Assembly (NCBI GenBank): GCA_030141605.1
Contig: JAQGDQ010000050.1
Coordinates: 631,971-695,970, forward strand
Length of the DNA: 64,000 nt
Direction of reading: 5' to 3'
Source of the DNA: Tubiluchus corallicola
Lineage: Eukaryota; Animalia; Priapulida
This document shows, in pieces, positions 63,201 through 64,000 of the stretch. Made by a program: the position numbers and the translations under genes. Position 1 is the stretch's first letter, and each line of letters starts with the position of its first letter. The notes under the pieces are model-generated. The model saw nothing but the letters and a program-made list of their open reading frames with translations, was not told the origin of the DNA and ran no database searches.

Positions 63201-63958
63201 GAGTTAATGATGCCGTATCTGTCAATGCCAGATTACAACATTGCCACTGCGAAACGTGTGTGCGGTGATGTGGCTGGGTTGTGTTCTTGGACAAGAGCCA
63301 TGGTTTTCTTCTATTCCATCAATAAAGATGTACTACCTATGAAAGTAAGAACGCGCCTTCTTTCTACTTAATGACTGATGCCACTGGGACATGCCACCAT
63401 ATATGTAATTATAGACTCATCGAGAAGGCATTTCGTTACTGTGTATTTTTTGTTAGTTTAGACAGCCTAAAATGAAAGAGGCAAGAGAGTATATAGCAAC
63501 TACCAGATGCAAGTTAAATTGAATTTTCCATAATTCTATATGCTTATCTTGTCAATTACTAAAGTTTATGTAAAGACCCATTTATATTGGTGAATACATT
63601 AGACATGTTGCTTGTTGGCTTTAATTGGTACCATTCACCTGATGTAAGCTTGTATTTGCGTCAACTTTTATACAAATTTTTAACATTTTTAATTTGAAAA
63701 TGCCTTTTTCTCTCAGCTTCTAATCAGCTTTGGTCTTAGTGGGATTTTTGTTAGTCATTATTTGACTTTACTGCAAACCTTAAATTTTCTTTGAGATCAA
63801 ACACTTACTAAAATTTGTAGGATAACTTAGCAAAGCAAGAAGCAAGGCTCAGAAAAGCCAATGCTGATCTTGAAAAAGCGAGAATTGAATTGGAATCCAA
63901 ACAGCAAGAGCTTGATGAAGTAAAGGCTCAGTATGAAGCAGCATTGCTTGAGAAACAG
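414..63958 (+). CDS. DNAH5: Axonemal outer-arm dynein heavy chain, DNAH5/DNAH8 (gamma-type) family; 55 exons in window, partial at both ends (~2708 aa)
   Basis: Spliced exons give dynein motifs: AAA1 [22 protein letters not shown]; AAA2 [39 protein letters not shown]; AAA3 GEQGTAKT (typical of DNAH5/8), [23 protein letters not shown]; AAA4 GVGGSGK; stalk/[21 protein letters not shown]. All introns are GT-AG except one GC-AG, and phases are consistent. DNAH5 versus DNAH8 orthology cannot be resolved by eye. Confidence 0.95.
1101..1797. mobile_element. Possible degenerate PIF/Harbinger-like MITE
   Basis: Weakly inverted ends (taagtctaggttttacag / gtgtgaagcctgagcttta); interior rich in gtcgc/tcgca motifs, unlike the flanking intron. 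Confidence 0.3.
1794..1980. repeat. ~190-bp fold-back (palindromic) element
   Basis: Arms pair: ttagtctcaaaaca/tgttttgaaactaa, atcagctgaattgact/agtcagttcagctgat, gaaaacttgtgctgtta/taacagcacaaattttc. Confidence 0.8.
2394..2545 (+). CDS. dynein HC exon 2
   Basis: LEEILDDYK...[13 protein letters not shown]; tag| ... |gtatgg. Confidence 0.85.
4148..4211. repeat. (TA)n microsatellite
   Basis: Direct reading. Confidence 0.95.
4292..4496 (+). CDS. dynein HC exon 3
   Basis: [11 protein letters not shown]...[10 protein letters not shown]...NIM; matches DNAH5 EEMSSTPLC in register. Confidence 0.85.
4520..5050. mobile_element. Tigger/pogo-like (Tc1-mariner) MITE
   Basis: TIRs tagtaaactgtataac / gttatacgtagtttactg flanked by TA; subterminal ttcgagttat repeats. 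Confidence 0.7.
5159..5255 (+). CDS. dynein HC exon 4
   Basis: [16 protein letters not shown]...QAD|gtaagt; phases fit neighbours. Confidence 0.8.
5773..6129 (+). mobile_element. Solo LTR (357 bp)
   Basis: Starts TG, ends CA, flanked by 5-bp direct repeat AGTTC (5768-5772, 6130-6134); internal TATATAAG (5883) and AATAAA (6056). Confidence 0.8.
6522..6642 (+). CDS. dynein HC exon 5 (Cys-rich)
   Basis: cag|[40 protein letters not shown] a|gtgagt; phase 0 to 1 is required to join exons 4 and 6. Confidence 0.8.
6732..6984. repeat. 42-bp perfect inverted repeat enclosing (TA)n and locally duplicated patches
   Basis: tgtattcttaattaaatttatcaaaataagtttatgtactta at 6732-6773; its reverse complement at 6943-6984. 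Confidence 0.85.
7934..8058 (+). CDS. dynein HC exon 6
   Basis: [12 protein letters not shown]...[16 protein letters not shown]|gtaaat. Confidence 0.85.
8441..8524 (+). CDS. dynein HC exon 7
   Basis: [28 protein letters not shown]. Confidence 0.8.
9216..9449 (+). CDS. dynein HC exon 8
   Basis: [12 protein letters not shown]...[10 protein letters not shown]|gttggt. Confidence 0.85.
10220..10300 (+). CDS. dynein HC exon 9
   Basis: [27 protein letters not shown]|gtaagc. Confidence 0.8.
11063..11282 (+). CDS. dynein HC exon 10
   Basis: [10 protein letters not shown]...[16 protein letters not shown]...KIETL. Confidence 0.9.
11627..12205. mobile_element. MITE-like element with imperfect terminal inverted repeats
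   Basis: accgt...tacactgtttggtataattagtctgtgtg pairs with cacacaaactaattgcactaaacagtgtaattagcacggt. Confidence 0.55.
12840..13024 (+). CDS. dynein HC exon 11
   Basis: DIRERLDVL...PIEEAYD...[11 protein letters not shown]. Confidence 0.9.
13486..13720 (+). mobile_element. CR1-group LINE 3' remnant
   Basis: Translates [32 protein letters not shown], matching the CR1 ORF2 C-terminal FFSxRVxxxWNxLP...FKxxLD signature. Confidence 0.7.
13730..14960 (-). pseudogene. Decayed hAT transposase (ZMYM1/DUF4371-type with TTF-like zinc finger)
   Basis: Frameshifted minus-strand segments RSWMVYS...[17 protein letters not shown]...NFLQLV, STPDIS...MSQVLHYV (catalytic Asp region), [13 protein letters not shown]. 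Confidence 0.8.
14990..15310. repeat. Degenerate 36/42-bp tandem repeat next to the hAT remnant
   Basis: Recurring gtttcagcagt...gtaggttcagaaactgatcca units; minus strand reads ETGSVSEPT-like repeats. Confidence 0.75.
16730..16848 (+). CDS. dynein HC exon 12
   Basis: [19 protein letters not shown]...AYDF. Confidence 0.9.
16938..17110 (+). CDS. dynein HC exon 13
   Basis: [12 protein letters not shown]...GEDLFQLP...IKKEL. Confidence 0.9.
17508..17634 (+). CDS. dynein HC exon 14 (linker start)
   Basis: [12 protein letters not shown]...EFQN. Confidence 0.92.
18241..18378 (+). CDS. dynein HC exon 15
   Basis: [14 protein letters not shown]...AMQPRHWE. Confidence 0.93.
19656..19758 (+). CDS. dynein HC exon 16
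   Basis: [11 protein letters not shown]...[11 protein letters not shown]. Confidence 0.92.
20373..20499 (+). CDS. dynein HC exon 17
   Basis: [16 protein letters not shown]...[10 protein letters not shown]. Confidence 0.93.
20812..20884 (+). CDS. dynein HC exon 18
   Basis: [23 protein letters not shown]. Confidence 0.92.
21423..21576 (+). CDS. dynein HC exon 19
   Basis: YNVPFK...[23 protein letters not shown]. Confidence 0.95.
21954..22128. mobile_element. Tigger-like MITE
   Basis: TA-cagtcaaacctcgttataa ... ttaagaggtttcactg-TA. Confidence 0.7.
22692..22958 (+). CDS. dynein HC exon 20
   Basis: [10 protein letters not shown]...[24 protein letters not shown]...HTIQ. Confidence 0.95.
23666..23794 (+). 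CDS. dynein HC exon 21
   Basis: SHLLSVFDN...[16 protein letters not shown]. Confidence 0.93.
23885..24183. mobile_element. Tigger-like MITE
   Basis: TA-caggtagtcattgacttac ... ataagtccatgactacttg-TA. Confidence 0.75.
24534..24671 (+). CDS. dynein HC exon 22
   Basis: [11 protein letters not shown]...NNFPAQ. Confidence 0.93.
25891..26115 (+). CDS. dynein HC exon 23 (GC donor)
   Basis: [11 protein letters not shown]...[17 protein letters not shown]|gcaagt. Confidence 0.9.
26807..26979 (+). CDS. dynein HC exon 24
   Basis: [20 protein letters not shown]...[16 protein letters not shown]. Confidence 0.95.
28071..28249 (+). CDS. dynein HC exon 25 (AAA1 Walker A)
   Basis: CYITLSQAL...[15 protein letters not shown]...FNCSDQMD. 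Confidence 0.97.
28869..29056 (+). CDS. dynein HC exon 26 (AAA1 Walker B)
   Basis: [16 protein letters not shown]...FLTM. Confidence 0.97.
29319..29513 (+). CDS. dynein HC exon 27 (AAA1 sensor I)
   Basis: [15 protein letters not shown]...CEEQLSKQ. Confidence 0.95.
29652..29786 (+). CDS. dynein HC exon 28
   Basis: [15 protein letters not shown]...RDMNLSKL. Confidence 0.96.
31597..31704 (+). CDS. dynein HC exon 29
   Basis: [18 protein letters not shown]...RNQ. Confidence 0.95.
32892..33023 (+). CDS. dynein HC exon 30 (AAA2 P-loop)
   Basis: [26 protein letters not shown]. Confidence 0.96.
33150..33295. repeat. (TTA)n microsatellite, possibly the tail of a minus-strand L2-like remnant
   Basis: Long tta run followed by atttacatagcgcc, an L2-like 3'-end motif. 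Confidence 0.9.
34293..34460 (+). CDS. dynein HC exon 31
   Basis: [16 protein letters not shown]...[14 protein letters not shown]. Confidence 0.96.
34773..35016 (+). CDS. dynein HC exon 32
   Basis: [35 protein letters not shown]...[11 protein letters not shown]. Confidence 0.97.
35263..35375 (+). CDS. dynein HC exon 33
   Basis: [13 protein letters not shown]...LKAKMK. Confidence 0.88.
36960..37130 (+). CDS. dynein HC exon 34
   Basis: VLQVNYIKQ...[19 protein letters not shown]. Confidence 0.93.
37139..37560 (-). mobile_element. L2-type LINE 3' remnant
   Basis: Minus strand approximates [16 protein letters not shown] (L2 GDRAFSVxAPxLWNxLP); ends in a gcactatataaataaat tail. Confidence 0.65.
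38006..38128 (+). CDS. dynein HC exon 35
   Basis: LQEFMMSQ...[19 protein letters not shown]. Confidence 0.93.
38329..39720. mobile_element. Probable older hAT-like MITE hosting the 38705 insertion
   Basis: Starts cagcgttggg; repeated gtaatcagattac motifs; inverted match ttggttgctttt (~38442) / aaaagcaaccag (~39552); right end not defined. Confidence 0.35.
38705..39215 (+). mobile_element. Non-autonomous hAT element, copy A (retains transposase C-terminus)
   Basis: Imperfect TIRs cagcagcggat / atccgctacag; 8-bp TSD TGTAGGGC (38697-38704, 39216-39223); internal [35 protein letters not shown] resembles the hAT C-terminus; 16-bp tandem repeat at ~38929-39040. Confidence 0.9.
40198..40330 (+). 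CDS. dynein HC exon 36
   Basis: VPGYEYPK...[10 protein letters not shown]...GKAVLLI g|gtacgt. Confidence 0.95.
41401..42021 (+). CDS. LINE ORF1 (coiled coil + L1-like RRM/CTD); 5' part probably out of frame from ATG 41279
   Basis: Heptad region [22 protein letters not shown], then [12 protein letters not shown] and RLG...RPVLV motifs typical of L1-type ORF1. Confidence 0.85.
   Translation: MLKRLDELSNNINTKFQNLEEKLSQKIEDKHSELKTEVNVLRQVVKNQQRFLEQVDGRLRNQNLIMMGLSENEDIDGANSDDDKIRKILDVVDVEAAVVSYKRLGTATNGRDRPVLVIVENHDQRDNVVKNANKLQSSANAAVKKVRVKRDTHPAVRAEWKRLFDAEKCERDKPENRGCHIEFDKKKREITRDGVVIDSWQPMSFL
41997..44717 (+). CDS. LINE ORF2: APE endonuclease + reverse transcriptase, truncated at the C-terminus by an internal deletion
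   Basis: APE: FLNE, GDLNAR, ELDY, SNH. RT: [39 protein letters not shown]. Confidence 0.95.
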   Translation: MATNVFFVNNRDSCTELRITHWKINAVKNKLEIDFVRQSLCKSDMIFLNEIKTPLKFTMPGYKTLRTNQAAGHRGGCAILISNVLASSIQSVEFGSDVIVLRLNNIPGIVFVCVYLTPSDSHYHSLECLAKINEVMMSNPHDQFVILGDLNARYGPAINKFLRNVSDSGARYLASEDSIGSPNENAKVVYNSFNSLIVVNNIQYKGRTFKSNLTYRKRENWISELDYCLISPALIDSVVNFTVNQDLRLPSNHAPLSVIFDINMLSRGALPHNLLIRSEALGAHAAEVKTPYRKHCSRQIRIAETDCVEFQRVMSSVEPPDDVDDVNSCVTDINNVFRDKLIRCKAPNRLINRYQPTDRWRRMLELNDSKEIWNAIDWKGNTIESESFESPTSEEFKRHFEDLLNPDRDGPEDLLSLCDGPSIPITDDPIAFDEFVSAASECKSSSSGGPSGIPGAVFNFIPDTWINYLCFVLNFIFFSRSFPIPWCFSRLVTIFKRGSRKDCDNYRGLSIMDSLAKIYDRILCKRLEMWFKPDREQAGAQKGRSCLEWIVTLRLLMDYALFKKKKLYIVFVDFSKAYDRVPRSGLIRALRALGCGRVMLSALAAMYVNTQLVLGAAVIGVTLGVKQGSPSSCFLFTLYINPLIRELKSRCGLDGFLGNLHCLMLMDDTILLSTSREGIIQKLSILIEFCDQSGMKVNLKKTKFMVINGDAVDRLDLVVNPLTVNHCDYYVYLGAVFSSTGKFKPALEKHCEDKYCHVLKFVSFISKNSAYPFAVKKLVLNAALLAAITYGCESWLCNVLNPIQGMYISVIKCLLGVRRTTANDLCLIELGLPSLNGFVKDTQSRFFNKIVRSRVNIPDDPFMIVYNLCRESNTPCARYLRNITGYRGDFIDEDSVHVDKSKQNCT
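44675..44854 (+). pseudogene. Out-of-frame LINE ORF2 C-terminus with CCHC zinc knuckle
   Basis: Reads [25 protein letters not shown]...AIFGL* in a different frame from ORF2. Confidence 0.85.
45310..45428 (+). CDS. dynein HC exon 37 (AAA3 P-loop)
   Basis: (G)[10 protein letters not shown]...[15 protein letters not shown]|gtgagt. Confidence 0.95.
45384..46495 (+). repeat. 45-bp tandem array (~24-25 units) derived from the 3' end of exon 37 and its splice donor
   Basis: Unit approximates gtgagtttcagcttttcaaatgcaacaactccaatgatgtttcag; first unit is exonic; 45-bp spacing seen at 45901/45946/45991. Confidence 0.95.
47047..47169 (+). CDS. dynein HC exon 38 (AAA3 Walker B)
   Basis: [12 protein letters not shown]...[16 protein letters not shown]. 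Confidence 0.96.
47740..47829 (+). repeat. Tandem duplication (51-bp period) of the exon 39 splice acceptor
   Basis: tcactaaag(c/t)tgttgtctttgttgcatttc(c/t)tctagcct occurs twice. Confidence 0.9.
47827..47944 (+). CDS. dynein HC exon 39
   Basis: [24 protein letters not shown]...AMIQP. Confidence 0.95.
49781..49905 (+). CDS. dynein HC exon 40
   Basis: [20 protein letters not shown]. Confidence 0.95.
50570..50722 (+). CDS. dynein HC exon 41
   Basis: [21 protein letters not shown]. Confidence 0.96.
53572..53712 (+). CDS. dynein HC exon 42
   Basis: GMLAG...[14 protein letters not shown]. Confidence 0.95.
54101..54194 (+). CDS. dynein HC exon 43
   Basis: LVEEEFG...[13 protein letters not shown]. 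Confidence 0.94.
54959..55107 (+). CDS. dynein HC exon 44
   Basis: DEEAD...PKVYEPI...[11 protein letters not shown]. Confidence 0.94.
55139..55597 (-). mobile_element. Non-autonomous hAT element, copy B (same family as 38705, opposite orientation)
   Basis: Ends ctgtagcggat / atccgccgctg; 8-bp TSD CATATATC (55131-55138, 55598-55605); termini match copy A. Confidence 0.9.
56079..56233 (+). CDS. dynein HC exon 45 (AAA4 P-loop)
   Basis: [14 protein letters not shown]...[19 protein letters not shown]. Confidence 0.96.
57112..57265 (+). CDS. dynein HC exon 46
   Basis: [12 protein letters not shown]...[11 protein letters not shown]. Confidence 0.95.
57542..57706 (+). CDS. dynein HC exon 47
   Basis: [10 protein letters not shown]...[10 protein letters not shown]. 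Confidence 0.95.
58622..58810 (+). CDS. dynein HC exon 48
   Basis: [32 protein letters not shown]. Confidence 0.95.
59121..59277 (+). CDS. dynein HC exon 49
   Basis: [20 protein letters not shown]. Confidence 0.95.
60515..60618 (+). CDS. dynein HC exon 50 (stalk CC1)
   Basis: [22 protein letters not shown]. Confidence 0.94.
60997..61098 (+). CDS. dynein HC exon 51
   Basis: VLKEVTVKA...[13 protein letters not shown]. Confidence 0.93.
61456..61626 (+). CDS. dynein HC exon 52 (MTBD start)
   Basis: [16 protein letters not shown]...[19 protein letters not shown]. Confidence 0.96.
62540..62659 (+). CDS. dynein HC exon 53 (MTBD)
   Basis: [13 protein letters not shown]...[10 protein letters not shown]. 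Confidence 0.94.
63177..63344 (+). CDS. dynein HC exon 54
   Basis: DTINEE...[18 protein letters not shown]...VLPMK. Confidence 0.96.
63821..63958 (+). CDS. dynein HC exon 55 (stalk CC2)
   Basis: [10 protein letters not shown]...[17 protein letters not shown]|gtataa. Confidence 0.93.
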
Positions 63959-64000
63959 GTATAATCAATAAAGTATTTATTAGTCAGTTTGTCAAAATGA

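Overview
This is AT-rich eukaryotic (invertebrate-like animal) genomic DNA with no prokaryotic features. The whole window lies inside one + strand gene for an axonemal outer-arm dynein heavy chain of the DNAH5/DNAH8 (gamma-type) family. I traced 55 consecutive coding exons (414..63958) by hand. They splice with consistent phases into 8124 nt (about 2708 aa), covering the distal tail, linker, AAA1-AAA4 and the stalk/microtubule-binding domain. Both gene ends lie outside the window. The introns hold many mobile elements: an end-to-end APE-RT LINE with target-site duplication (TSD) that splits the AAA3 P-loop, a solo LTR, two hAT derivatives with 8-bp TSDs, a decayed hAT transposase, Tigger-like MITEs and CR1/L2 remnants. 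The most unusual observations are: (i) a ~1.1-kb array of 45-bp units derived from the end of exon 37 plus its splice donor, with an in-frame stop in the first intronic copy; (ii) a LINE ORF2 with no AUG before its first endonuclease motif, overlapping ORF1 in the -1 frame at a U-rich slippery site; (iii) a duplicated poison splice acceptor; (iv) a GC-AG intron; and (v) a Cys-rich exon in the dynein tail. All coordinates were read manually and no searches were run.
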